Positions 38,628-52,415 of a DNA stretch of 64,000 nt are shown here, piece by piece. How positions within the stretch are numbered: the first letter of the stretch is position 1; each line of letters opens with the position of its first letter. A program made the translations under genes and the position numbers. A model generated the notes under the pieces. It did not search any database. It had not been told where the DNA came from and worked only from the letters and a program-made list of their open reading frames with translations. Source of the stretch: Octopus vulgaris (lineage: Eukaryota); contig OX597819.1 in NCBI GenBank assembly GCA_951406725.2, forward strand, positions 21,390,001 to 21,454,000, read 5' to 3'.

Positions 38628-39168
38628 TACAGGTTAGCGGTTATACTGCTGTGCAGGTTAGTGGTACGGCTGTTAGTAGTAATAATGGTGACATTGTAAG
38701 TAAAGTTGCTGTTGATGTTGTTGTTGTTGAGGTGATGGTGGTGGTGGTGTTAGTATTGTTACCGATGATACTCATGCTATTTAGACTGGTTGCAATGTGT
38801 GTTTTGATTGTAGTTGTTGAAGGTGAAGTGTGAAATAGCTTTTTCTGGATCGGAGATAGCATAAGAGTATACATTTAGAGACGCTGATGATGATTTGATC
38901 TTTTATGGTCCTGGTGGTGGTTGCAGTGTAGATTATACACACGAAGTAGTGGTGGGAGGGGCGAGTGGGGGAGTTTTATTTTCCGTATTAATGATGAAAG
39001 TTTAATGGCGATGTTATTACAGGACTCAAACATCCATGAGACACAAAGAAGCAGAAGGATAGAAGCAATAGTTTTCAAAAATACAAAACAACAGCTAAAA
39101 GAGGAAGAAAAGAAGTCTGTAACAGCAACACTGATAACAATAACAACGACAACAACAACAACAACAAC

Positions 39169-39222
<54 letters not shown>

Positions 39223-40739
39223 CGCGAAGCCAGAATCGAATCAGCAGCAGCAATAGCAATGAAAAACAGCAACAATAGCGGCGGCAATGCTTTTGATCAT
39301 AGGTCTGTTTAATCAAAGATGACTAGGGTTGAGACAACAACAATAAAAACAAAAGCGGCCAAAAAACAACAATAACAATCACAACAACAACAAAGACATC
39401 AATAACAAGACGACAGCAACTAAATAGCCTGAGTTGGAACGAGATACGAACATGCTTGGAGAGTGTGGGGATTGCATTTATGGGTTTGTGTGTGTGTGTG
39501 AGAGGGGGAGGAGAGAAAAAGAAAGATAGTGGGAGATAGTGAAAAAGGAAAGAGGGGGAGATTGGGAGAGAAAGGCAGAGAGAGTCCTAAAGAGAGAGAG
39601 AGAGAAAGCTTATTATCTACCATGGAAAAATGCTTTATCTCTGGAATTTAGATAACAACTGCTAAGAAGAGATTTAAATGTGAAGTTTAAGATAGTTTTA
39701 CGTCGTTTCACAATTCTGCTAACAATATTCCAAAACCACCAGGTAAGTGCCCCAGTGGTTAAATTTTTAAGCTTACCAATATTATTTTCTGTTGTATGCT
39801 AGATGGTCACTTTCCTTGTCTGCAAACCTCAGTGTTTCCATATCATATTTTAGGCTTCAAGTCTCACAATTAAACAGGCCAATGCTTACTTAGAGTTATA
39901 CAAGGGAATTGGTAACCATGGCAGACACGATTTATGCTTTGAAATATTTTTCCATAAATATTCTTATTTTCGGTGAATTCTTCCTATCTGAAATGTGTAT
40001 TTTTTTCTTTACCTTGACCACAAAGCGCCAAGGGACCTGCTAATCGATAATCACGGTGTACGGGTGACCGACATCAGAATATTCCTTGACCAATGTGCAT
40101 CGTTCAAGGCTAGGAATTTGCGTATAGGGGAGAAGTTGATTACATTGCCCCACAAAACCCCACCTCACTCCAGTACTTGACTGATATTTTGTTTTATCGT
40201 CCCCTAGTGTATGAACGGCAAAGTTCAGCGTAAAGAGTCGGAAGAAATACTGCTCAGCCTTTTCTTTCCGATGTGCTAATCACTCTGCCAGAGCGCTGGT
40301 TCATACAAACGATAGAGCTGATCATAAGTTATAGTTCCAGGCCCAAACAACTACATTAGACCCGCTATTTTGCAAGAGCAAAAGAAATGTTAGTCAGTCA
40401 TTAACATAAATACTCTGTATTTATGCACGGAAGACATTCGTACACAAATTAGTTTGTACTCATTTACGAAGAACATCATCTTTCACGTTGATTAATGAAT
40501 CTGTTGGAGACAGCTGCTGAATGGATGTGGAATACAGTTCACACTCCTATAACTGACAATTTCTCTCACGTATCATGGAGTTCACTTGATTAACTCTTTT
40601 GGTCTCTCTTGATCTTCATAACGTGACCTGATGCAACAGACCTCAATTCAAGGATAGAAAATCATCGTTTCTTTAATAGCATTGTCCCCAAATTAACGCT
40701 ATAAATGTACAGCATTTTAGGCATGCGCATACCAAAATT

Positions 40740-40780
40740 GTTATAATTATTATTATTATTAGTAGTAGTAGTATTAGTAA

Positions 40781-40829
<49 letters not shown>

Positions 40830-40898
40830 TGTAGAAGGAGTAGCAGCAGCAGTAGCAGCACCAGTAGTTGTAGTAATTATAGTAGTAGCAGCAACTGT

Positions 40899-40963
<65 letters not shown>

Positions 40964-40994
40964 CAGCAGCAGTAGCAGCAACAGCAGCAGCAGC

Positions 40995-41058
<64 letters not shown>

Positions 41059-41085
41059 TAGTAGTAGTAGTAGTAGTAGTAGCAG
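40740..41085. repeat. (AGT/AGC)n trinucleotide array
   Basis: Direct inspection. Confidence 0.92.
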
Positions 41086-41254
41086 TATCTTGCTTATAAT
41101 CCGTGTGTTTGAAGCAAACACTTTCCGGATCACACACAGTGACCTCAGTCAAGTGAAGATTAAGAGACAATTGGATGTACTTCAATGTCTGGAGAGTGAA
41201 AGTGTGGACAACAGCACAGAAGTAACTATGATACGACAGAACACAACGCTTTCA

Positions 41255-41790
41255 ACTTGTATAGAGAGGGTTTTTCTAATGATCTGGATAGTATTATCAA
41301 AACAATCTTTTCGATTTCTGTGAGAGATGGGTTTCCTGCGATGTTATCTAAATTTTTGTGACAACCCTTTTTTTATCATACCAAAAGAACCTACAATTAG
41401 AGGAAAACTCTTCACTTTAAGATACCACATCGTTTACAATCCAATTTCCAGATCGTTACGTTTACTGAACCGGTCATATTTCTTGGCAGATATATTTAAG
41501 GCGATTTTTGTATTCGTTTGGTATTAACACAAAACATTCCGAAACAATAGGGTCTATTGTTTCATCAAATATGTTGAAATATTTACAGTTTGCGTTCGCA
41601 CCGTTCATAAACAATATTTACATAGTAATTTCTGGTAAATTAAGCTTTGCTATTGTGCAGCCAATGTGAAAGCTTCTTCTGTTAGTCTTCAAATTCTCAT
41701 CCACTGATGAATCATTTCTTCTTCAACCTGCATTTTGGTATCGAGAGATATATTGCCCAGACAGAGATGCTCAAGATCTTTTCTCTGTTA
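41255..41790 (-). pseudogene. R4/Dong-type non-LTR element C-terminal fragment (restriction-like endonuclease), degenerate
   Basis: Minus-strand remnants IHQWMR, EAFTLAAQ*QSL, NCKYFNIFDETID, NISAKKYD...DLEI..MWYLK...PLIVGSFGMIKKG, GNPSLTEIEKIVL. Confidence 0.75.
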
Positions 41791-42387
41791 TTTAAAGCCA
41801 TTTGTTTTATTCTTTTGCTTGCTTGGTAACATAAGTTTCAAGCTTTCATTCAATTCAGGAATTAATATTTTAGAATGACCAGATCGCTTGCGCCTAGAAA
41901 GCAATACCTAGCGACATTTTGGTAGCTCATTGCATTCTATGCTCAAATCAGGACACAGTTAGCTTTTGGATTTCAGATTTTCTGACTCCAAAAAAAAAAA
42001 AAAAAACAATAAATAAAACACCAAGTAATGGAGTTGATGTTGTCGAGTGTTCCCCTGTCGTCAAATTTCCTGATCTGTGTTTTCGTAAGAAATGAATGCT
42101 ATTGTGTTTTATAATTCAAAATGCAGAATAAATATTCCGAGAAAATAAAATAATCAGGCTGAGGGCACTTGAAACATAAGAGGAAGGAAATAGAGAGACA
42201 GAGAGAGAGAAAGGGAATGATAGACAGTGTGTTGTACAGAGAAAAGGAGGGAAGAGAGTGGCAGTGATCGTTTATGATAGAGAGAGAGAGAAGAAGAGAG
42301 AGAGAGGGAAAGGTGAAGGAACTTCAAGATAAAAACCATAAACATTGAAACAGCAAGTTTTCAAAATTCAAAGAGGAAACAAACGAA

Positions 42388-42390
<3 letters not shown>

Positions 42391-42483
<93 letters not shown>

Positions 42484-42710
42484 ATATATGTATGTATATA
42501 TGCATATGTATATATGTATATATGCATATATATATGTGTATATATGCATGAATATATGCATATATATGTGTATATATGTATGTATATATGCATATATATA
42601 CATATGTGTATATATATATGTGTATATATATACATATAAGTATATATTTATAAGTATATATATGCATGTATATATATATGTGCGTGTATATATATATATA
42701 TACACTCACA
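42391..42710. repeat. (TA)n microsatellite (~88 bp pure) followed by degenerate TA/TG
   Basis: Direct inspection. It is one of dozens of TA/CA/TG/GATA tracts in the window. Confidence 0.95.
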
Positions 42711-42997
42711 CATGTATGCATTTACGTATGTATATAAACTCATAAACGCTTACAGAGGATAATAGAGTAAGAGAGAGAGAAGCAAAGAGTGGAAGGCTTG
42801 TGCATTAAAAAACATTGTAGTCAACATATTTGGTGCAATTTTCGGCAGCTGTCTCCCTCACAATAACATCTCTCCAACCTTCCCTCTTTCATTCTCTCTT
42901 CCTCTCACTCTCTCTCATCATTCTCACTCTCTCTTCTCATATGATGAGCAATTCTCTACTAAAACAAATATGTGTAATGCATATATATATAAATGCA

Positions 42998-43052
<55 letters not shown>

Positions 43053-43073
43053 GTGTGCATGCATGTATGTTTG

Positions 43074-43112
<39 letters not shown>

Positions 43113-43423
43113 CATTTATTATGTACGATAGTGACGAAGACAAGAGATATTTAAAGCGGAATTTTTTGTATCACTTGAATGCATTAGTACAAATTGATGC
43201 CTAAACAGACGGTGATGGAACGATCCTTCTGCCTTTGGGAATTTGATGCGAATTAAAGTGGTATGGATTTGTAATTGACGGGAAATCTAATAGTGTAGGC
43301 CTGCAAATTTAATTAGTCCATTAACAGAGAGCTATATTAGAGCACATACAGCCTACAGTGGAAACCCTGCATGTATTTTAATGCCAGCGTTATTATTCTA
43401 TTATTATTATTATCACAGCCATC

Positions 43424-43470
<47 letters not shown>

Positions 43471-43921
43471 ATTATTATTATTATTTTATTTGTTATTGGT
43501 TTGTTTAAGGAGCTTTAGACTCCCTTTCTCTATTAACACTCGATTTTTGGCAAATGTGAGATAATACTGTTATAATAATATAAACATATAAAAAATTAAA
43601 GATGGGAGTTTGTTGAATGAATGCTTTCTCTTGAAATCATTCAGAACATTATTATTTGGCTAGGCTCTGAAAAATTTTTGCTTTAGATTCACATCTGATA
43701 TCAACTCGCATCAAGTGGTAAATTGTGCGGCTTACTGATACGCTTCTATGCTCCGTTGGATAACCGTGATTGGCTACGTTCACGTGTGAACGAACTCTTT
43801 TCAAAATAAGTTATATGTTTGAACTAAATGCTAACAAGTGAATATGTCAAGAAATAGCAAATATTCCTTCATACTTATACACACACACACACACAGAGGC
43901 AAACACAGACACTCCCATACC

Positions 43922-43963
<42 letters not shown>

Positions 43964-44450
43964 TCCATACAAGCATATATGTGTGTGAATGTGTATGTGA
44001 GTATATAGTCGTTTCTAAAATCGGTTTTCTCCGTAATATTCTTTCAGTTAATTGTGAATCGTTCCTTATTTCAAATAGGAGAGTTACGAGATTTAATGAA
44101 GCATGACAAAGCTGTAGTTACTAGTGATATCGCTGATCTTCACCTGCCTTTTGATAACTATCGCGTAAAGACAGAATATAAATTTGCGACAATAAGTTTC
44201 ATTTAAATTCTACGCGATTTTATAACTAAATATGTTTGTGCTTCAGTGAATTCAGACAATAAACCATCTGTTTCTTCCTATCCTACCAGGTTTTTCATAT
44301 CTCCGAACAACAAGCTTGTATTCTCTAGCAGAGCTGCAGTCTCACGCTACTGACATCAAGGCTAAATCTTATCTGATGCTAGTAAGATCAGAATTCTTCG
44401 AAAATTGGCTGCAGAATTAATGGTTCTAGATGTATCCATTATTGGTATTG

Positions 44451-44612
44451 ATGTGATAGCTTTATTCTGAAATAGTCAATCAACAACCATCTGCAGAATG
44501 AATGTAAAACAATTGCAGTAATGCAGAATAATGTGATAGCTTTATTCTGGAATAGTCAATCAGCCAGCATCTGCACAGTCAATGTAAAACAATTGCAGAA
44601 TGCAGAATAATG
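44451..44612. repeat. 80-bp tandem duplication (2 diverged units)
   Basis: ATGTGATAGCTTTATTCTG occurs at 44451 and 44531. Confidence 0.9.
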
Positions 44613-45161
44613 CAAAGACTTTAAGATTTCTTCCTGCACCACACATTTCCTTTCATTGCATGTTATTCACTCACATTTACAAACTGATTGTGCTCTTTCA
44701 GAACTGCTGGTTCGCTTTCTATACAACTTTCTTCTCTCCACCTCATCCCTACCCACCGCACACAGAACAATGAATGAAATACAAATAACATGTGTAATTG
44801 TATGCACGTGTTTATGTGTGTATGATGCTGAAGCTGCGCGCGCATGTGTACATGGCTAAATGTGACGTGTGTGTTTGTATACATACATGTATGCGAGCAG
44901 GCGTATATGTATGCGCACCTATTTATTTCTATCTGTGTTTTTATATACATGTTTGTGTATGTGTGTGTGTGTGGTGTATGTATCTCTTTCCTTACACACA
45001 CACACACACATGTGTGTGTGTGTATGTGTGTTTTTATGTGAATATATATTTATGAATTTATGTGTTATGCATGTGTGTGTGCTTGTGTCTGTATGTGCAA
45101 ATGGGCAGGCATGACACCGTGCCCGTATATTCCAATGTGTGCCTGTGAGTGAATGTACATA

Positions 45162-45227
<66 letters not shown>

Positions 45228-45269
45228 AGTGCACACATTTACATTCACAGCTATATATCTGAGTATGTT

Positions 45270-45307
<38 letters not shown>

Positions 45308-45660
45308 TATGCATGAACTTGTACGCATGAATCTGGTACGTACACGTATGGCTTTGTTCCACTCACGATGAGAAGAGAATTTGATGGTTGAAAAAAAAAA
45401 AAAAGACAGCTTCTACATATTTCATGGAATAACCTAACGCTGCATTTCTTCGCCGTTCTATTTTCATAAAGCAGTTTTATGACGACTTCCCATAGCAGTA
45501 AGCAATAAAACCAACGACAATAGACAACAATTCCAATTGTGTCAGTAGACGTTACAGATATATGAGTCACTGTCAAGTGTTTTTCAAATATGCCTACTTC
45601 CATCAGGTGCCAGACGGAAGGAATTAAATTCTCACGCAAAATCGAGGAGATATTTCTGTA

Positions 45661-46113
45661 TTCTATTCTACTCTAGGCACAGGGCCCAAAAATATTTGGG
45701 GAGGGAACCAGTCGATTAGATCTTTCCCAGTGCGCAACTGCTACTTAATTTATCGTCCCCAAAATGATGATAAGCAAAATCGACCTCAGTGAAATCGAAA
45801 TCTTTCAGTATTGGAACATCGATGCAGTTAATATAAATATTTTTGATGCGAGTGAATAAAAGAAAGGTTTTTGAGCTTAATTTCCAGAGTGGCCGAACCA
45901 AGCCTTGTAAAACATAATTCTATTTACCAAAGGCACAGAGGCTTGAAATTTGGTGTGAAGGGACAAGTCGCTTAAATCGTCCCTGGTGTTTCATTGGTAC
46001 TAACTTTATCGATCCCAATATGATGAACTGCAACGTCGACCTCGGCGGAAATTGAACTTAGAAGGTAGCAACGAGCGAAATACCATAACGATTTTATTTT
46101 CTCGCCGCCTTAA
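45661..46113 (-). mobile_element. Two degenerate SINE family B copies
   Basis: Reverse-complement cores TCGACCTCAGTG and GTCGACCTCGGCGGAAATTGAACT. Confidence 0.8.
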
Positions 46114-46239
46114 AGCCTAGCAAAGTAATAAAATTCTGTTAATATCAATTCAAATTTGCTTAAAGGCTTTAATAGAGAACAGGAATTTTCAAAATTTAAT
46201 CAAGTTCTCTTTAAATATCAAATATATCCCTGTATGTAT

Positions 46240-46393
46240 ATCCCTGAAGCGGAGCATTTTGAACGAGCTCAGGACCACCGGCCTGACATGGGAAGAAGCA
46301 GCCAAGAAACACGTCAATGACCGCAAAAAGTGGAAAACAACTGTTGAGGCCCTATGCTCCACAAGGGGCAAAAAGGATTAAGAAGAAGAAGAA
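46240..46393 (+). mobile_element. RTE-clade LINE extreme 3' end with (AAG)n tail
   Basis: LKRSILNELRTTGLTWEEAAKKHVNDRKKWKTTVEALCSTRGKKD*, then AAGAAGAAGAAGAA. Confidence 0.8.
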
Positions 46394-46975
46394 TGGTAGT
46401 TACTTATAGGTAGGCGTTGATCTTGGGCTGCTATGATAAACCCTTCTGTTTCTGATTTTAAGCCAGAGGATACTAACAATTGATGGGTAAGTGCTTAGTC
46501 AACATAAGCACTATTAGCTCTCATTTTGCCATTCAGAGGTTTCTCTTGCCATTTATCAGTAAGAATATCTAAAGTAGCAGGTTTTGCACGGGTTTTCATA
46601 CGCTTAGATTTTACTATGCTTGTTTCCAGTACGTCTCATTCTAGAATTTGTTGTATTTGGAATTCACTTAGATATTTCTTTGACTATTTTGTTACTGAGT
46701 ATGATTCTTTCTTGTTTTTATGCTTTAAGACAAGTCATCAGTCATCAGCTTTTCAGGTAGGTATCGAGGCAAATTGTGGGAACCGTCATTGTTAATTTCA
46801 GTTGTAAAAGTCCACGGCAACCCTCTTTTCTTAGCAGGCAGAGTCGCTCTGCATCTGCCTCAGTGCTGTGTATTCTATGCATTATCAACAATCCTCGTAT
46901 TTTTCTGCCAAGATTACATATTTCGGTAATTGACCAGTTAATAATGTTGAATATTATTATTATTATTATTATTAT

Positions 46976-47485
46976 TGCTGCCTTTGCACAGCTTCTAATG
47001 CTGGAGATGTACTACAGTGCCAGCTGTTCACTACCAGCGAACTAAGGTAACACCTCTTGTTTTTCGAGCACCTTCCAGAGTATTCGAGCGGCTCCAAACA
47101 GTGCTGTTATCTGCAAGTGCTCCAACCTTATTGCAGCCGCTATTTGTTCCACATGCTTCCCGAGATTTTTGCTCACTGTTTCCCATGTCTCCGACAATTA
47201 TTAGTACTACTGCTACCTTTTTCATCGATCACAACTGCTCAAATTCCCAAGCTAACCTGTCATATCTCTCGACTTTTCTTTCTTCATTGTCGCATACCTT
47301 GTTGTCAGCTGGGCATGCTATATCTATTATCCAGCATCATTTGCTTTCTTTCTCAATTAAGACTATGTCTGGCTTCCTATTCTCTATCTCATGGTCGCAT
47401 TCAAACATAAAATCCCATAGGACCTTTGCATTTCTATTTTCGACGATACCTTCAGGTTTGTGGTCGTACTAACTTTTTGCTCTGT
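46976..47485 (-). pseudogene. R4/Dong-type element 3' end (restriction-like endonuclease) abutting (TAA)n
   Basis: The minus strand gives YDHKPEGIVENRNAKVLWDF...NRKPDIVLIEK...IIDIACPAD...EERKVERYDRL...IIVG, followed by AATAATAAT. Confidence 0.88.
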
Positions 47486-47489
47486 CAAG

Positions 47490-48050
47490 TCCATACTTGA
47501 CAGAGGTGTTAGCGAAAATTTGGCTGGAACCACAGCTAGCTTCATGGGTGCTCTGATCAATTTGGATCAACCAAAAGCATTCAATAGGATCAACCATCAT
47601 TACTTGGAATCTGACATGAAAGCAGGCGATTGCAGACCCGTTTTCAGAGGCTGGATCTCAGCAACGCTCTGCGGCACCTGATTAGGGGTCAAAGTAAACG
47701 GCCACCTACCGGAGCAGAATGGCATCGCACGCTCGATCTGTCAGGGCTACCCATGTTCGCCTCTTCTATACGTATCGTTATTCGAGTTACTGTTGTGGAA
47801 GTTTGATCAGCTCAGCGGAATCCCTTTCGAACAGGGAGAAGGAAGGGCAGTGTCAGCACACGCGGACGATGTCACAGAAGTGGAGACGGTCGGCATCATC
47901 CTAAAGGAATATAAGTCGAATGTAGTGGCTAAAATCAACGCCAACAAATCGGCTGGTTTGCAGTTGGGATCCTGGCGAGACAGGACGATGCCATCGGATT
48001 GCGGCGTCGAAAGGCTAGACTGTCGGCCCAGTTAAAGTGCTCGTGGCAGT
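47490..48050 (+). pseudogene. L1/Tx1-clade LINE RT fragment
   Basis: LINLDQPKAFNRINH, VKVNG, RSICQG.PCSPLLY, VSAHADDVT, AKINANKS. Confidence 0.85.
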
Positions 48051-48174
48051 GGTTTCAGGTCCTTCATATAATTCAGGGCCAATGCCAATTACCCTTGCGA
48101 ATTTGCAAGCACCCTTAACAACAGAATGGGATTTTTTGCTGCTTCCGTGTTTGCACATAAGCTGTAGCATTCAG

Positions 48175-48385
48175 TCCTCTGTACTAGATAAGTTCATTGC
48201 TATTATGGAAGTCTTATAGCACAGTTCTAACTGCACCGTTCCTCTTTCACTATTATTTCTAGGTAGGTACAGACGATCAACGTCTGCTTTTGGGTGGTTC
48301 ATGTTCTTAGATGTTAGTAGTGTTCTTGTCTTCCTGTCCAGGTATTGGAATTCCGTAGGATTCCAGTTAATGATGTTAACATCGA

Positions 48386-48386
<1 letters not shown>
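48175..48386 (-). pseudogene. R4/Dong-type RT thumb fragment, starting in (AAT)n
   Basis: IINWNPTEFQYLDRKTRTLLT...HPKADVDRLYLPR...RG. Confidence 0.85.
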
Positions 48387-48443
<57 letters not shown>

Positions 48444-48448
48444 GTTAT

Positions 48449-48655
48449 TAGCAGGCCGGGAAAAATGCTTAGCGGTATTTCGTCTGTCGTTACGTTCTGA
48501 GTTCGAATTCCGTCGAGGTCGACTTTGCCTTACACCCTTTCGGAATCGATAAATTAAGTACCAGTTACGCACTGGGGTCAATGTAATCGACTTAATCCGT
48601 TTGTCTGTCCTTGTTTGTCCCCTCTGTATTTAGTCCCTTGTGGGCAATAAGGAAT
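48449..48655 (+). mobile_element. SINE family B inside an (ATT)n tract
   Basis: Matches the 22166 monomer. Confidence 0.9.
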
Positions 48656-49510
48656 TATTATTATTATCATTATTATTATTATTATTTATCATTAAGTGGT
48701 GGTAGTAGTAATAGTAGTAGTAGTATTAGTGGTGGCAGTGAGAGCAGTGGTGGTGGTGGTGGCAAAAGAAGGAAGAAGAGAAAGTGAGTTTGTTCTTAGT
48801 TTTCTATCAGCTTTGTTTTAAAAAAAATCGATATGGCTTCTTATACATTGTATGCTTTATTGTAGAGGATTTTCACTTTAATATTAAATCTACAGATAGC
48901 TAAGAACTGACAATATTCCATCAACCTTGACTGTGAACTTTGCAAAGCTGAATTGCTTCATGCAAATGAAAACGTCTATTTTTATTATTAAGCTATCTTT
49001 ATTTGTATCTGGAGTTGCGTATAGATGCCAGAGCCGCAAACCCTACGTGGGTTTACACATACGAAACGCAGATTGGCAATCGATAAATTCACTGCGATTT
49101 TAATCTCGTTCTTAACACATAAAAATGCATCGCAACACACATTGCATGCATTACCGAAGTGTTCGCAAAGAGTAGAGGCTTTCCCCGCTTCTCCCACAGT
49201 CATATCTATATACACAAATAAGTATATAACCACCACACATACATACACACACACACACACACACGCAGACACACACACACTCACATACACACCCATACAT
49301 ATATACGTATGTATACAAATATACACACACATACACACACGCACTCATGTGTATATATATATATATTTATATATATATATACATAAATATGTACATATAT
49401 AAAAATATACATATACGATATATAAATTATATATATGTGTGTGTGTATGTGTGTGTACAGAGAGGGAGGGGCGAGAGAGTTATATATATATATATATATA
49501 TATATATAGG

Positions 49511-49558
<48 letters not shown>

Positions 49559-49894
49559 AGACGGATAGGTGGATAGATGGATTGATTGATTGATAGACAT
49601 GCATACACACAGCAGTGCATTGTGTTAATATATATGTGTGTGCATGGGTGCATATATATATTTAGAAATACAGATGTATATGCATGTATCTATCTAACTT
49701 TCCCTATGAACCCGGATGCGCAGGTGTGTATGTGTCTACAAATATTTCATCTATGCTGGCACTTCGTTGATTACAAACATGCGTGTTCTTCAAATTTTGC
49801 ATTTTTGAATCTAGCGATATATTCATGTGTGTGTCTGCATGTGCGTGATTGATAGTGTGTGTGAGTGTTTATGTGTGTGTGTTTGTGTGTGTGC

Positions 49895-50330
49895 GTGTCT
49901 TCGCCCGTGTGGCAGCGCCCCTCAATACTGAGGGACAGTGGATAAACGTAACAGCTACCTACGGTGGAGCGACTGCACGCAGCTTAGGAGAGCATATAGG
50001 TGTCAATTGGTGTGAGCTCAAAGAAGTGTGTATGTGTGCGTTTGCATGTGTGTGTGTATGTGTGCGTGTGTGTGTGTACGTGCGCGTCTTCTTGAGACAA
50101 CTACCTACATTGGAGACTCTGCATGCACCAAAGGAAAGCGTATAGGTGAACATTGGCGAGAGGTCACACAAGGGAAAAGGTCGTCAGTGCTCTCCCAATA
50201 TGCCCAGGAAGAACATGGAGGCTCGATTAATAGCACAGAGGTTAAGATATTATCGACACACAGAAATGACACGACACTTAGACAGAGGCTACACACAGAC
50301 TGAGCCTCAATACCAAACACGAATGGAATA
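49895..50330 (+). pseudogene. PLE GIY-YIG endonuclease fragments (two diverged pieces split by TG repeats)
   Basis: TTTYIGDSACTKGKRIGEHWREV...SVLSQYAQEEH...VKIL, and upstream TATYGGATARSLGEHIGVNWCEL. Confidence 0.7.
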
Positions 50331-50545
50331 ACAACCACCACCACTCCACACCACATGATTTAAGACAGAAGGGATGAGAAGAGAGAGAGGGGGGAAATCG
50401 TAAATAATACACAGAAACGTACAGGGTAATATACACACAATGGACATATAGGCACACTAACCACGTGATACTTATGAGAAATAGCATTACATGTAGAAAA
50501 CATAAATATCTAAATAAACAAATATATAAACATATTTCTAACATA

Positions 50546-50944
50546 GGCGCAGGAGTTGCTGTGTGGCAAGTAGCTTGCTTACCAACCACGTGGTTCTGGG
50601 TTCAGTCCCACTGCATGGCACCTTGGGCAAGTGTCTTCTACTATAGCTTCGGGCCGACCAAAGACTTGTGAGTGGATTTAGTAGACGGAAACTGAAAGAA
50701 GCTCGTCGTATGTATGTATGTGTGTGCGTGTGTGTGTGTGTGTCTGCGTTTTTCCCCCAACATCGCTTGACAACCGATGCTGGTGTGTTTACGTCCCCGT
50801 AACTTAGTGGTTAGGCAAAAGAAATCGATATAATAAGTACTAGGATTACAAAGAATATGCCCTGGGGTTGATTCGCTCGACTAAAGGCGGTGCTCCAGCA
50901 TGGCCACAGTCAAATGACTGAAAGAAGTAGAATAGTAAAAGAGT
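50546..50944 (+). mobile_element. SINE family A, full length
   Basis: Matches the other family A copies. Confidence 0.95.
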
Positions 50945-52415
50945 ATACTTGGGATAAATATAAAATATAGAGATAGATGAAATAAATAAATATATATATA
51001 TTCTTAACTAAGAGCTAATACGGCCTTTTTGGATTATCGCCTAACATCGGTTGAGGACTCTTACACACAGAAGAATTTAATATGGATGCATATTACATAG
51101 ATTATTCTATGAAAAATATACCAATCTCATCAAAGGAATTTTACTCAAAGAAACTTCTACTGAAAATTACTGATCTAATTAAGCGCATGAGATGGAAGGC
51201 TTTCTTTTTTGATACAGAAGCGGACACCACGGAAAACACTTTCTATCGTATAAAATCCAAAAAATTCCCTCCCAGGTTTAAACCTTGGAAGATTTCGAAG
51301 CGGACCTGCTGAAAATTATGAACAAAATAAAATTTCGTAAATCTTTTAACAATTTACCAACATAAACTGAAAAAAGATATTAAACATATAAAAAGCACCA
51401 AGAAAAAAGCACTTTTTTCGGACAAAACTAAGAACTTATACCTGGTAGATAACAGCAAATACACACAACTCTTACACAACAGCATCATTAATGATTACAC
51501 TAAGGCTAGGGCACAGACATATAACGAAATTAATAAAGAAGCTAGCGTCATCGCCGCTAAACTTAAATTAGATAAAAAAATAGAAGCCCTCCCCCAAAAA
51601 GAGGCCTTTACTACTATTAAAGATCACAAAGAGAACTTCCTTTCCAACCCTAAATGTAGGCTTATCAACCCAGCCAAGCCAGAACTTGGGATTATTAGTA
51701 AAGAAATTTTAGATAAAATAAATGCGAAAATTAAGACCGATACTAGTCTAGTACAATGGTCCAATAGTATAGAAGTCGTAGACTGGTTTAAAGGCCATTA
51801 AGAATAAGAAAAAAGCGAGGTTTACACAATTCGATATTGTTGATTTTTACGCCTCTATCTCTAAAGAACTGCTAGATAAAGCACTCGTCTTCGCTAGCGA
51901 CTTCATAGAAATTAGTACAAATGATAAGGACATAATCTTCCATGCTAGAAAGACCTTACTTTTTAGTGAGAACGCAAAGTGGGTCAAAAGCACCGGCACA
52001 GAGGGCGCTTTGGATGTGAGCATGGGGTCATATGATGGGGCAGGCATTTGCGATCTTATTGGATTTTTTCTCCTAGATACCTTAGGTAAGACATTCCCTG
52101 ACGTACATTTCGCCATCTACAAAGATGATGCCCTCGCCTTAACAGCTAATACAAATGGAGCAGCACAAGATCGTTTTAGGAAGGATATTATCCAGTTAAT
52201 GAAATACTTCGAACTTAGTATAACTATAGATACTAACCTGACGGTTGTCAATTTCTTAGACCTTTCCTTAGATCTTAATAAGTATATTTATAAGCCTTAT
52301 AGGAAGCCCAATGATAGACTAAGTTATATTAATGTAGGTTCATGCCATCCCCCTATAGTATTCAAAAATTTAGTTAAAAATATTAGTAAGTGGATTTCTA
52401 GCCTCTCCTCTGATA

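Noticed and set aside
39800-39960. Possible Tx1 C-terminal remnant
   Set aside because: The similarity is too weak and interrupted by stops to call without a search.
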